36,435 bases of DNA from Candidatus Sysuimicrobiota bacterium (GCA_040289515.1 PSLI01000019.1:1-36435); one strand, 5' to 3'; counted from the stretch's first letter, positions 16,893-26,295 are shown. The notes: a model not told the origin generated them from the letters alone. A program made the numbers and translations.

Positions 16893-17906
16893 ATGCGGCG
16901 GTGGTGGATCGTGCTGCTGTTGGTGCTGGTGGCGTCCGTGCTGCCCGCGGGCGCCCAGGCGAGGCGCCTGGTGGTGTACTCGGCCCTCCCGGACCTAGAG
17001 ACGTCCCTCATCAACCGGGAGTTCACGCGAAGAACCGGCATCCCCGTGGAGGCTCTCAGTGTGGCAGCCGCAGGGACGCTGGCCGCGCGGATCCGGGCGG
17101 AGAAGGACCGGCCCCGCGCGGACGTGTTCGTGGGCGGGTCCGCGGACTTCCACGCCCCCCTGGCTCGGGAGGGGTTGCTGGTTTCGTATCGTTCCCCCGC
17201 GGCGCGGGAAGCCAAGGTGCCCGCGGCCTTCCTGGACCGGGACGGTTACTGGCACGGCTGGTACCTGGGCATCCTGTCGATCATCGTGAACACCGAGCGG
17301 TGGGACCGGGAGATGGCGCCCCGGAGGATCTCGAAGCCCTCTACCTGGGACGACTTGCTCCGCCCGGAGTTCCGGGGTCACTTCATCATGCCCAGCCCCG
17401 CCACTACGGGCGCGGGCTATATCTTCGTGGCGGGCCAGATCTTCCGGCTCGGGGAGGAGCGGGCGTGGGCGTGGCTGCGGGAGCTGAACCGGAACGTGTT
17501 GCAGTATACCCCCACGGCACCCGGCACCATCACCCTTCTGGAGCGGGGGGAGGCGGTGCTGGCCATGATGTGGGCCCACGAGGCGATCGGGGCCCGGCGG
17601 CTGCGCTTCCAGCCCCTGGAGGTGATCGTCCCGCCCGACACCGCCTTCGAGATCGGTGCGGTGTCCATCCTCCGAGGTGGGTCGAACCCTGAGGGTGCGC
17701 GCAGGTACGTGGACTTCCTGATGACCCGCACCCCTCAGGACATCAACGCCCGGTACGGGTTCCGATACCCGGTGCGGGCGGATGTGGAGCCTCCGGCGGG
17801 TGCGCCCCCGTTCGAGTCGGTGAAGTTCGTCCGATACGACCGGGAGTGGGCCATCGCCAACGCGGACCGGGTCCGGGAGCGGTGGACCCGGGAGATCGGC
17901 CGGTAA
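16893..17906 (+). CDS. ABC substrate-binding protein 1, AfuA/FbpA-like family
   Basis: Signal peptide ending AGA-QA, RIRAEKDRPRADVFVGG, PSTWDDLL, WAHE, AFEIGAVSIL. GGAGG RBS. Confidence 0.85.
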   Translation: MRRWWIVLLLVLVASVLPAGAQARRLVVYSALPDLETSLINREFTRRTGIPVEALSVAAAGTLAARIRAEKDRPRADVFVGGSADFHAPLAREGLLVSYRSPAAREAKVPAAFLDRDGYWHGWYLGILSIIVNTERWDREMAPRRISKPSTWDDLLRPEFRGHFIMPSPATTGAGYIFVAGQIFRLGEERAWAWLRELNRNVLQYTPTAPGTITLLERGEAVLAMMWAHEAIGARRLRFQPLEVIVPPDTAFEIGAVSILRGGSNPEGARRYVDFLMTRTPQDINARYGFRYPVRADVEPPAGAPPFESVKFVRYDREWAIANADRVRERWTREIGR

Positions 17907-17922
17907 AGGACGCAGCGCGCGG

Positions 17923-19560
17923 ATGACAGCCTCGGTGGCTGCGGCGGAGGCCAGGCGGCAGCTGGCGGATCCCGGGTTGCTGGTGGCCTACCTGGTGGGT
18001 GCGTGCGCCGTGGGTTTGTTCGTGCTTTACCCCACGGTGCGGGTCCTGGTGTACCCCAGCCTGCAGGACTACCTATCGCTGCCAAACAACGCGCGGTGGG
18101 TGCAGGCGGCCCGCAACAGCCTCGTGAGCGCGGTCCTGTCCACCAGCACCGCGGTGCTGTTCGGCCTGGCCTTCGCCTTCGCGGCCACCCGGCCGGACAT
18201 CCCTGGCTCGCGGTTGTTCCGCAGGGTGGCCCTGCTACCCCTGTTCGCGCCTCCCTTTATGGTGGCGTTCTCCTACATCCTCCTGTTCGGGCGGCAGGGG
18301 CTGGTGACCCGGCACCTGCTGGGCGTGGACGTGAACATCTTCGGGCCCCACGGCCTGTGGCTGGTGCAGACGGTGGCCTTCTTCCCCCTGGCCATGCTGG
18401 TCATTGCGGGCGTCCTGGACAGCGTGACACCCAGCCTGGAGCACGCGGCGCGGACTCTGGGCGCAGGGGAGGGGCAGGTGCTGCGGACGGTGACCCTGGC
18501 CCTGGCGCGGCCCGGGATCGCGGGTGCCGCTTTGGTCGTCGCCATCTCTGTGTTAGCGGACTTCGGGAACGCGGTGGTCATCGCAGGCGGCTGGCCCCTT
18601 TTGGCCACGGAGGCGTGGTTCCGCATGGAGGGGCTGGCGGACCTGCGGGGCGCGTCCCTGGTGGTGGCGGTGCTGATGGCCCCCACGGTGGGGCTGTTTT
18701 TGCTCGAGCGGTACTGGGTGAGCCGCCGCCGCTACACCACCGTCACCGGGCGCGGCACGCGCCTGGAGCGTCCCCCCACGTACCCGCCCCTGAAGTGGAC
18801 GGTGGTGGGCCTCTGCGCCTGCATGAGCGTCCTGGTGCTCCTGGTGTACCTGGGGGTGGTAGCGGGTGCCTTCACCGCCGTGTGGGGCCGGGACTGGTCA
18901 TTCACCCTGGGCCACTGGCACCTGGCCGCGGACCGTCTCTCCACCCTGTGGGCCAGCCTACGCGTGGCAGCGGGGGCGGGGGTGGTTACCGCGGTGGCCG
19001 GCATCCTTTTGGCGTTCCTCACCGGCCGGGCCGTGCCCCTGCGGCGGCTGTTGGATTTTCTGGCGGTGCTGCCTGGAGCACTGCCGGGCGTGTTCGTAGG
19101 GGTCGGGTATGTGCTGGCCTTCAACGGCCCCCCCCTGGAGCTGGTAGGCACGCCCTGGGTCCTAATCCTCGCTTTGGCCTTCTGGCACCTCCCCTTGGGC
19201 TACCAGGCGGCGGTCGCGCAGCTGCAACAGATCGACCGGTCCATCGAGGAGGCCGCGAGCAACCTGGGCGCGCGGGGCCTGCAGCTGCTGCGCGACGTGT
19301 ACCTGCCCCTGCTGGGCCGGGCGTTCGTGGAGGGCTTCACCGTGTCCTTCGTGCGGGCCGTGACCAACGTGAGCATCGCGGTGTTCCTCGTGTCCCCGGG
19401 GAACGTGGTGGCTACCTTCGCCATCCTGAACATGATCGGAAACGGCATTTGGGGTGGAGCGGCAGCTCTGACGACGATGCTGCTGGTTGTTACCTTCGCC
19501 GCCCTGGGGGTAGCCCGGTGGGCGGCCGGCCGCGTGGTGCGTCCGGTACCGGTGGGCTGA
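17923..19560 (+). CDS. ABC permease 1 (AfuB/FbpB-type, two TM domains)
   Basis: Two EAA loops (LEHAARTLGA, IEEAASNLGA), LADFGN. Confidence 0.88.
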   Translation: MTASVAAAEARRQLADPGLLVAYLVGACAVGLFVLYPTVRVLVYPSLQDYLSLPNNARWVQAARNSLVSAVLSTSTAVLFGLAFAFAATRPDIPGSRLFRRVALLPLFAPPFMVAFSYILLFGRQGLVTRHLLGVDVNIFGPHGLWLVQTVAFFPLAMLVIAGVLDSVTPSLEHAARTLGAGEGQVLRTVTLALARPGIAGAALVVAISVLADFGNAVVIAGGWPLLATEAWFRMEGLADLRGASLVVAVLMAPTVGLFLLERYWVSRRRYTTVTGRGTRLERPPTYPPLKWTVVGLCACMSVLVLLVYLGVVAGAFTAVWGRDWSFTLGHWHLAADRLSTLWASLRVAAGAGVVTAVAGILLAFLTGRAVPLRRLLDFLAVLPGALPGVFVGVGYVLAFNGPPLELVGTPWVLILALAFWHLPLGYQAAVAQLQQIDRSIEEAASNLGARGLQLLRDVYLPLLGRAFVEGFTVSFVRAVTNVSIAVFLVSPGNVVATFAILNMIGNGIWGGAAALTTMLLVVTFAALGVARWAAGRVVRPVPVG

Positions 19561-19563
19561 AGG

Positions 19564-20613
19564 ATGTCGGTACACCTGCAGCTGGTGGAGGTGACCAAAC
19601 GCTTCGGTCCCACGGTGGCTGTGGACGGGGTGTCCCTGGACATCGAGGAGGGGTGCTTCTTCACCCTCCTGGGCCCCTCGGGGTGCGGCAAGAGCACCCT
19701 GCTGCGGGTGGTGGCCGGGTTCCACGTGCCGGACCGCGGAGAGGTGTTCCTTCGAGGCCGCCGCATCACCCACCTGCCGCCCCAGGCCCGGGGCACGGCC
19801 ATCGTGTTCCAGGAGTACGCCCTCTTCCCGCACATGACGGTGGAGGAGAACGTGGGCTACGGGTTGCGGGTACGCCGACGACCCTCTTCGGAGATCCGAG
19901 CCCGGGTGCGGCAGACCTTGGAGCTGGTGAGCCTGTCGGGGCTGGAAAGCAAGTACCCCCACCAGCTCAGCGGCGGACAGCAGCAGCGGGTGGCGCTGGC
20001 GAGGGCCCTGGTGGTGGAGCCAGAGGTGCTCCTTTTAGACGAGCCCCTTAGCAACCTGGATGCGAAGCTGCGCGTTCGGGTGCGGGAGGAGCTGCGGGAC
20101 CTTCACCGGCGGCTGGGCCGGACCACCGTGTACGTCACCCACGACCAGGAGGAGGCCCTGGCGCTATCGGACCAAATCGCGGTCCTGAACGCGGGCCGCG
20201 TGCTGCAGGTGGGTCCACCGGAGGAGATCTACCGCAGGCCGCGGAACCGGTTCGTGGCGGAGTTCGTTGGGATGGCCAACTTCGTGGAGGGCGAATGGGT
20301 GGGGGCGGGCACGGTACGAGCCGGTTCGGTTTACCTCCGGGTGGGAGAGGCCGGGCCCCCAGGCGGCCGTGCGCTGCTGGTGGTGCGGCCAGAGGCGATG
20401 CGGGTCCATCGGGAGCCTCCGGACGGGGTGCCCAACGTCCTGCGGGGCCGTGTACGCTCCGTCACCTTCCTGGGTTCCTTGCGGCGGTGTACGGTAGACA
20501 CCGGCGAGCTAATATGGGTCGTGGACGTGCGGGCGGAGGATCCCGTGGAGCCCGCCCAGGAGGTGTACGTGGAGATCCCCTCGGAAGGATTGCGCGTGGT
20601 GCAGGAAGGATAG
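19564..20613 (+). CDS. ABC ATP-binding protein 1 (AfuC/FbpC/PotA-type)
   Basis: GPSGCGKST, LSGGQQQRVALARAL, LLDEPLSNLD, YVTHDQEEA, C-terminal TOBE-like region. Confidence 0.92.
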   Translation: MSVHLQLVEVTKRFGPTVAVDGVSLDIEEGCFFTLLGPSGCGKSTLLRVVAGFHVPDRGEVFLRGRRITHLPPQARGTAIVFQEYALFPHMTVEENVGYGLRVRRRPSSEIRARVRQTLELVSLSGLESKYPHQLSGGQQQRVALARALVVEPEVLLLDEPLSNLDAKLRVRVREELRDLHRRLGRTTVYVTHDQEEALALSDQIAVLNAGRVLQVGPPEEIYRRPRNRFVAEFVGMANFVEGEWVGAGTVRAGSVYLRVGEAGPPGGRALLVVRPEAMRVHREPPDGVPNVLRGRVRSVTFLGSLRRCTVDTGELIWVVDVRAEDPVEPAQEVYVEIPSEGLRVVQEG

Positions 20614-20656
20614 CCAGCAAACCACGGTGGACGAGGGTCCGCAAGGAGGGAGGAAC

Positions 20657-21676
20657 GTGAGGCGCACGTGGTGGATGTGGATGGTTCTGGTGCTTGTGTG
20701 GGTCGTTCCGTCCGGGGCAGGGCCTGCGCAGCGGGTTGTGGTCCTGTGTAGCCCCAACCCCGCCTGGTGCGACGCCATCAAGGAGGAGTTCCCCAAGGCG
20801 ACGGGCATCGCCCTGGATTACGTGCGGCTGAGCTCCGGGGAGGGGCTGGCGCGCCTGAGGGCGGAGCGGCGCAACCCTACCTTCGACGTGTGGTTCGGCG
20901 GAACCGGGGACCCGCACATGGTGGCCTTCGAGGAGGGACTGACGGAGTTCTACCGTCCGAAGAGTTGGAACGACCTGCGCCCGGAGCTTCGGGAGGCCGT
21001 GGCGGGCAAGTACATCCCCTTGTACGCGGGGATCCTGGGATGGGCGCTGAACGAGCGGGTGTTGAGGGAGCGCAACGCGCCCACGCCCAGGACATGGCGC
21101 GACCTGGCGGATCCCCGGTACCGGGGCCTGGTCGCCTACCCCAACCCCAACACCTCCGGCACGGGCTACACCATGCTGGCGACCCTGGTGCAGCTGTACG
21201 GTGAGACGCAGGCGTTCGAGCTGCTCAAGCAGATTCACCGCAACGTGGCGGAGTACACCCGCAGCGGGGCCGCGCCCGGCCAGCTCACGGGCCGCGGGGA
21301 GGTGGCCATTGGGATCACCTTTATCCACGACGCTGTGGACCAGGTGCTGAAGGGTTTCCCCATCAGCTACGGGGCGCCCCGGGATGGCACGGGCTACGAG
21401 ATCGGAGGGCTGAGCCTCGTAAAGGGCGGCCCCAACCGGGCAGCGGCCATCACCTTCATCGAGTGGGCCCTGACCCCGGAAGCGCAGCGGCTGGGGCCGG
21501 AGAAGGGACAGTCCTACCAGATCCCCTCCAACAGCAAAACGCCCATCCCGCCCGTGGCGCCGCGGTTCGAGGCGTTCCGGGTCATCAAGTACGACTTCCT
21601 GAAGTACGGGAGCGCCGCGGTCCGGGACCGGCTGGTGAAGCGGTGGACCGACGAGGTGTTCCCGCTGCCCAAGTAA
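20657..21676 (+). CDS. ABC substrate-binding protein 2, AfuA-like (sugar-phosphate binding)
   Basis: LCSPNPAWC, RLSSGE, FDVWFGGTGDP, PNTSGTGY, FIHD, GTGYEIGG and YDFLKYG...RLVKRW follow the AfuA pattern. GGAGGGAGG RBS before GTG 20657. Confidence 0.88.
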   Translation: MRRTWWMWMVLVLVWVVPSGAGPAQRVVVLCSPNPAWCDAIKEEFPKATGIALDYVRLSSGEGLARLRAERRNPTFDVWFGGTGDPHMVAFEEGLTEFYRPKSWNDLRPELREAVAGKYIPLYAGILGWALNERVLRERNAPTPRTWRDLADPRYRGLVAYPNPNTSGTGYTMLATLVQLYGETQAFELLKQIHRNVAEYTRSGAAPGQLTGRGEVAIGITFIHDAVDQVLKGFPISYGAPRDGTGYEIGGLSLVKGGPNRAAAITFIEWALTPEAQRLGPEKGQSYQIPSNSKTPIPPVAPRFEAFRVIKYDFLKYGSAAVRDRLVKRWTDEVFPLPK

Positions 21677-21680
21677 CGGG

Positions 21681-23900
21681 GTGGCGCGGGCTTTAGCGGT
21701 CCCCCACGTGCGGTGGGTTGCGCAGCCGGCGGTGGCCGGCTGGGCAGCGGCCACCCTGCTGGGGGCTTCCCTGCTCCCGTGGAGCCGCGCGGGTCGGGAG
21801 CTGGGTTTGTGGCTGGCGGACTCCACGGGGATCGCGCTGGCGTCCCGGTCGACCCTGGCGGCCGCGGTCTTGGTCCTGGCCGCGGTGGGGGTGCTGGTGG
21901 GGCTGTGGCCTGGCTTCGAACGAAGCCGCGGGGTGGTTCTTGTGGGCGTGGGCTTGGCGGGGCTTGCGGCCTCGTGTCTTGTCGTAGGGCTACGGGGGAC
22001 GCCCCTTGGACCTGGTGCCGTGGTGGCGGTGGGGGGCTTCCTGATCCTAACGGGGGTGGGTCTTTCGAGCTCCGGTTTGTGGTTCGTGGACCCCTTCCTG
22101 TCCACCGTGGTGCTGTGGGCCGCGGCCTTCGTGGTGTTGTTCATCCTGCTGCCGCTGGCCTCCGTGGTGGTGGCCAGCGTGTGGGTGCAGGGTCGCCTCA
22201 CCACGGAGGTGGTGCAGCGGACTCTCACCTCTCCTGCTTTCCTTGCTCTGAACCACCCGGGCACGCCCCGCAACGAGGTCACGACCGCCCTCGTGGCAGG
22301 CAGCCTGCTGAGTGTGCTGGCGGCGGCCGCGCGGTGGCGCCTGGGCGGGGGCCGACGGTCAATTCCCGCGGGGCTGGCCCTGGGTGGCGCGGGGGCCAGC
22401 CTGATGGTCCTTTACGGGGGATTCGGGGCCTTCCGGAACAGCGTATTGCTGGCGGTGGTGGTGGGCGGCGTATCCACGGGGCTCGGATTCCTGTTCGCGC
22501 TTCTCTCGGAACGATCGCAGCTGCCCACCCGGAGGCTGCTGGGGCCGCTGTCGGTGCTGCCCATCATCACCCCGCCTTTCGTGTTGGGCATCGCCATGCT
22601 GTACCTGTTCGGGCGCCGGGGGTTCGTCACACACCGGCTGTTCGGGCTGTCCACGGACGTGTTTTTCGGGCCGGTGGGGGTGGCGGTGGCACAGGTCCTG
22701 GCCTACACTCCCATCGCGTACCTGGTCCTGGTAGGGGTGGTGCGCGCGCTGGACGCCAGCCTGGAGGACGCGGCCCAGACCTTGGGCGCTTCCCCCGGCT
22801 ACCTTCTGCGCACCGTGGTGTGGCCCCTGGCACGGCCGGGCGTGGCCAACGCCTTCCTGCTGGTGGCCATCGAAAGCCTCGCGGACTTTGCCAATCCCAT
22901 CGTGGTGGGCGGGGGCAAGCCCTTCCTGGCCACGGAGGTGTTCTTCGCCATTGTGGGCCGCTACAACCCCCACGAAGCAGCTACGTACGGGGCGGTGCTG
23001 CTGGGCCTGACGCTCACGGTGTTCGTGCTGCAGCGGCGGTGGGTGGGTGGCGCCTTCTATGTGACCGTGACGGGGCGCCCCACAGGGGCCCGGCCGCAGC
23101 CCCTGCCCCGGTGGCTGGACTGGGCGGCCTCCGGAGTGTTCGTGCTGTGGATGCTGCTGGTGGCCCTCCTGTACGGGTCGGTGTTCGTGGGGGCGGTGAC
23201 GCGGCTGTGGGGCTTCGACTACAGCTTCACCCTGCGCCATCTGCAGGACCTGCACCCGCAGGGCTGGCACGTGCTGCGGACCACGGCCCGGCTATCCGCC
23301 TACGCGGCTGTGCCCTCGGTGGTGGTGGGCTTCCTGATTGGTTACCTGGTAACCCGCGTGCGGTTCCCGGGGCGCCAGGTGCTGGAGTTCAGCTCCATGC
23401 TGTCCTTTGCCACCCCCGGGACCGTGATGGGGATCGGCTACGTGCTGGCCTTTAACCAGGGGCCCCTGCTGCTGACGGGCACGGAGCTCGTCATCGTGTT
23501 GGCCTTTGTGTTCCGCAACATGCCCGTGGCCATTCGGGCGGCCATGGCGGCCCTGGAGCAGATCGACCCCGCCCTGGAGGAGGCCAGCACTACCCTGGGG
23601 GCGGGAGCGGGGACTACCCTACGTCGCGTGGTGGCCCCCCTGGCGCGTTCGGCGCTGCTCTCCGGGCTGGTGTTCGCCTTCGTGCGGGCCATGACCGCGG
23701 TGAGCCAGGTCGTCTTCCTCATCACCCCGCAGCACAACCTGGCCACCACGCAGATCCTCTCCTATCTCGAGTACGGAAGCCAGGGGAGGGGAGCGGCGCT
23801 GGCATCCGTGCTCACACTCCTGCTGGTAGCGGTGGTTGTGAGCCTGCAGGCGGTGAGCCGGCGCCTGGACCCTCGGGCGGCACACGTGGGAGCGGGGTGA
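21681..23900 (+). CDS. ABC permease 2 (AfuB-type with a long N-terminal membrane extension)
   Basis: LPIITPPFV, LEDAAQTLGA, ESLADFANP, FATPGTVMGIGYVLAFN, LEEASTTLGA, FVRAMTAVS. Confidence 0.88.
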   Translation: MARALAVPHVRWVAQPAVAGWAAATLLGASLLPWSRAGRELGLWLADSTGIALASRSTLAAAVLVLAAVGVLVGLWPGFERSRGVVLVGVGLAGLAASCLVVGLRGTPLGPGAVVAVGGFLILTGVGLSSSGLWFVDPFLSTVVLWAAAFVVLFILLPLASVVVASVWVQGRLTTEVVQRTLTSPAFLALNHPGTPRNEVTTALVAGSLLSVLAAAARWRLGGGRRSIPAGLALGGAGASLMVLYGGFGAFRNSVLLAVVVGGVSTGLGFLFALLSERSQLPTRRLLGPLSVLPIITPPFVLGIAMLYLFGRRGFVTHRLFGLSTDVFFGPVGVAVAQVLAYTPIAYLVLVGVVRALDASLEDAAQTLGASPGYLLRTVVWPLARPGVANAFLLVAIESLADFANPIVVGGGKPFLATEVFFAIVGRYNPHEAATYGAVLLGLTLTVFVLQRRWVGGAFYVTVTGRPTGARPQPLPRWLDWAASGVFVLWMLLVALLYGSVFVGAVTRLWGFDYSFTLRHLQDLHPQGWHVLRTTARLSAYAAVPSVVVGFLIGYLVTRVRFPGRQVLEFSSMLSFATPGTVMGIGYVLAFNQGPLLLTGTELVIVLAFVFRNMPVAIRAAMAALEQIDPALEEASTTLGAGAGTTLRRVVAPLARSALLSGLVFAFVRAMTAVSQVVFLITPQHNLATTQILSYLEYGSQGRGAALASVLTLLLVAVVVSLQAVSRRLDPRAAHVGAG

Positions 23901-24958
23901 AGGCCATGGCGGAAGGTGTGCCGGTCCGTCTGCGGGGAGTCACCAAGCGCTTCGGCACCGTGGTGGCGGTGGACTCGGTGGACCTGGACGTGCCCCCGGG
24001 TAAGCTGGTGACCCTTCTGGGGCCCTCCGGATGCGGTAAGACCACGACCCTGCGCATCGTCGCCGGCCTGGAGCGGCCCACCACGGGGCGGGTGTGGATC
24101 GCGGAGGAGGACGTTACGGACCTGCCCGCAGCGCGGCGCGGGGTGACCATGGTGTTCCAGTCGTATGCCCTGTTCCCCCACCTCACGGTGTTCGAGAACG
24201 TGGCGTACGGGCTGAGGGTGCAGCGGCTGCCCGCCGGGGAGGTCCGCCGCCGCGTGCAGGAGGTGTTGGATCTGGTGGGCCTGCCGGAGACAGCACAGCG
24301 CTACCCTGCGCAGCTCAGCGGCGGCCAGCAGCAGCGGGTGGCCCTGGCTCGGGCCCTGGTGATGCAGCCGCGGGTGCTGCTGTTCGACGAACCCCTGAGC
24401 AACCTGGACGCCAAGCTGCGGCGCAGGGTGCGGGCGGAGATCCGGATGCTGCAACAGCGGCTGGGGATCACCAGCTTGTACGTGACCCACGACCAGGCGG
24501 AGGCGCTGGCCTTGTCTGACGTGGTGGTGGTGATGAACCTCGGGCGGGTGGAGCAGGTGGGCACCCCCGAGGCGGTCTACCGGAGGCCGAGGACGCGCTT
24601 CGTGGCGGACTTCATCGGGGAGGCCAACCTGCTCCCCGCCACCTACCGCGATGGCGTGGTGGAGCTGGCGGGTTACCGGTTCCCCATCGAACAGGAGGAG
24701 GTGCCGGAGGGGCCGGTGACCCTCATGGTGCGGCCGGAGGCGGTGCTGGTGGCGCAGGACCGTTTAGGGCTTCCGGGCGTGGTGCGCACGGTGTTCTTCA
24801 TGGGCATGACCACGGAGGTGCTGGTGGAAACCCCTGTGGGGGAGGTGCTGGCCACGCAGCCCTACCGGGCGGATCGCAGGCCCGCCCCCGGGCAGGAGGT
24901 ACACCTGCAGTTCGACGCAGCCGGCGTGTACCTGCTGCCGGGCGACGGAGGCCGGTAG
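23897..24958 (+). CDS. ABC ATP-binding protein 2 (AfuC/FbpC-type)
   Basis: GPSGCGKTT, VFQSYALFPH, LSGGQQQRVA, LLFDEPLSNLD. Start is GTG 23897 or ATG 23906. Confidence 0.92.
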   Translation: MKAMAEGVPVRLRGVTKRFGTVVAVDSVDLDVPPGKLVTLLGPSGCGKTTTLRIVAGLERPTTGRVWIAEEDVTDLPAARRGVTMVFQSYALFPHLTVFENVAYGLRVQRLPAGEVRRRVQEVLDLVGLPETAQRYPAQLSGGQQQRVALARALVMQPRVLLFDEPLSNLDAKLRRRVRAEIRMLQQRLGITSLYVTHDQAEALALSDVVVVMNLGRVEQVGTPEAVYRRPRTRFVADFIGEANLLPATYRDGVVELAGYRFPIEQEEVPEGPVTLMVRPEAVLVAQDRLGLPGVVRTVFFMGMTTEVLVETPVGEVLATQPYRADRRPAPGQEVHLQFDAAGVYLLPGDGGR

Positions 24959-24959
24959 C

Positions 24960-26126
24960 GTGCGGGCGGACGTGGTGGTGGTGGGCGGGGGGTGCGTGGG
25001 TACCAGCGCCGCCTTTTATCTGGGACGGTTGGGCGCGGGCCGTGTGGTCCTGGCCGAGCGCCGCCGGGTGGGTAGCGGGCCCACCGCACACACCGTGGGC
25101 ATCGTGCGGCTGCACTACTCCCACGAGCCACTGGTGGAGCTGGCCCGGCGAAGCCTGGAGCGCTTCGCGCGATTCGAGGAGCTCACAGGCTGCCGGGCGG
25201 ACTTTACCCCCGCTGGATTTCTGCTGCTGGCACCCGCGGAGGAGCTGGAGGGCCTGCGGGTCAACGTGGAGCTGCAGCAGCAGCTCGGGGTAAAGGCGGA
25301 GTTACTGACCCCGGAGGAGGTGGCGCGGCTGGACCCGCGTCTGGACCTGCAGGGGGTTGCCGGAGCCGCCTACGAGCCCGAAGCGGGCTACGCGGATGGC
25401 TACGCCACCGCTACGGGCTTCGCGGCCGCGGCGCGCACGCTGGGGGTGGAGGTGTGGGAGGACACCGCGGTACAGGCGGTGGAGGTGGCAGGCGGTCGGG
25501 TACAGGGAGTGCACACGTCGCGGGGCCGCGTGGACTGCCCCCGCGTTCTGGTGGCCGCGGGGGTGTGGACCGCGGAGCTGCTGCGGCCGCTTGGCGTGGA
25601 ATTCCCCGTGGTGGCCTCCCGCCAGCAGGTGGTGCAGCTGGCACCTCCTGCGGCGTTTGGTCGCCTGGAGCTCATCTTGGAGGACCTCAGCCTGGGCTTG
25701 TACGCGCGCCCGGAGGCGGGCGGCACGGTGCTGGCGGGCGTGCTGGAGGAGGTGCCGGAGGAGGTGGTGGATCCCGACCGGTACCGCACCGCCGTGGACT
25801 GGACTTTCGTGGAGCGGGTGGGCACCCTGTGGTCCCGACGCTACCCCGGCGCGGCACAGGCGGAGTTCCGCGGGGGGTACGCCAGCATCTACGACGTGAC
25901 GCCTGACTGGCAGCCCGCCCTGGGGCCCGTGGACGACGTGGAGGGGCTGTTCGTGGCCGCGGGGTTCAGCGGGCACGGGTTCAAGCTGAGCCCGGCCCTG
26001 GGCGAGGAGCTGGCACGGTGGCTGTGCGGGCAGGTGCCCACCGTGGACCTGGAGAGGTTCTCCCTGCGCCGGTTCCGGGAAGGGAAGCTGTTGCGCGGCC
26101 GCCACGGCAGGGGCCTGCTGGGCTGA
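24960..26126 (+). CDS. FAD-dependent oxidoreductase, DAO / sarcosine oxidase beta family
   Basis: VVGGGCVG dinucleotide fold, YDVTPDWQP, GFSGHGFKLSP. Confidence 0.88.
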   Translation: MRADVVVVGGGCVGTSAAFYLGRLGAGRVVLAERRRVGSGPTAHTVGIVRLHYSHEPLVELARRSLERFARFEELTGCRADFTPAGFLLLAPAEELEGLRVNVELQQQLGVKAELLTPEEVARLDPRLDLQGVAGAAYEPEAGYADGYATATGFAAAARTLGVEVWEDTAVQAVEVAGGRVQGVHTSRGRVDCPRVLVAAGVWTAELLRPLGVEFPVVASRQQVVQLAPPAAFGRLELILEDLSLGLYARPEAGGTVLAGVLEEVPEEVVDPDRYRTAVDWTFVERVGTLWSRRYPGAAQAEFRGGYASIYDVTPDWQPALGPVDDVEGLFVAAGFSGHGFKLSPALGEELARWLCGQVPTVDLERFSLRRFREGKLLRGRHGRGLLG

Positions 26127-26137
26127 AGCTCCCTGCG

Positions 26138-26230
26138 TGGCGGAGGGGGTGGGATTCGAACCCACGGGCGGGGTTTTTGCCCCGCCACGGTTTAGCAAAC
26201 CGCCGCCTTGGACCGCTCGGCCACCCCTCC
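26138..26230 (-). tRNA. tRNA-Ser (anticodon GCT), CCA encoded
   Basis: Minus strand GGAGGGGTGGCCGAGCGGTCCAAGGCGGCGGT-TT-GCT-AA-ACCGT, long variable arm GGCGGGG/CCCCGCC, then GTGGGTTCGAATCCCACCCCCTCCGCCA. Confidence 0.97.
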
Positions 26231-26244
26231 GCGGCAGCAGCTCC

Positions 26245-26273
26245 AGAATACCCACGGCTTGCGAGCAGCGCAA
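26245..26273 (-). promoter_or_regulatory. Sigma70-type promoter of tRNA-Ser
   Basis: Minus strand TTGCGC-17 bp-TATTCT, ending 14 nt before the tRNA 5' end. Confidence 0.65.
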
Positions 26274-26295
26274 TCGTGCGCGTTGACCTGCCGCC

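Noticed and set aside
16893..24958. Annotating both ABC systems as Fe3+ (fbpABC) transporters
   Set aside because: The SBPs lack the tandem Tyr-Tyr iron ligands (WAHE and FIHD instead) and follow the AfuA pattern.
26138..26230. tRNA-Ser as the attachment site of an integrated island carrying the iol locus
   Set aside because: No integrase and no convincing duplicate of the tRNA 3' end. Short GCGGAGGGGG matches fall inside coding sequence, and no composition shift is visible.
26138..26230. Long-armed tRNA as tRNA-Sec
   Set aside because: The anticodon is GCT and the acceptor stem is 7 bp; it is an ordinary class II tRNA-Ser.
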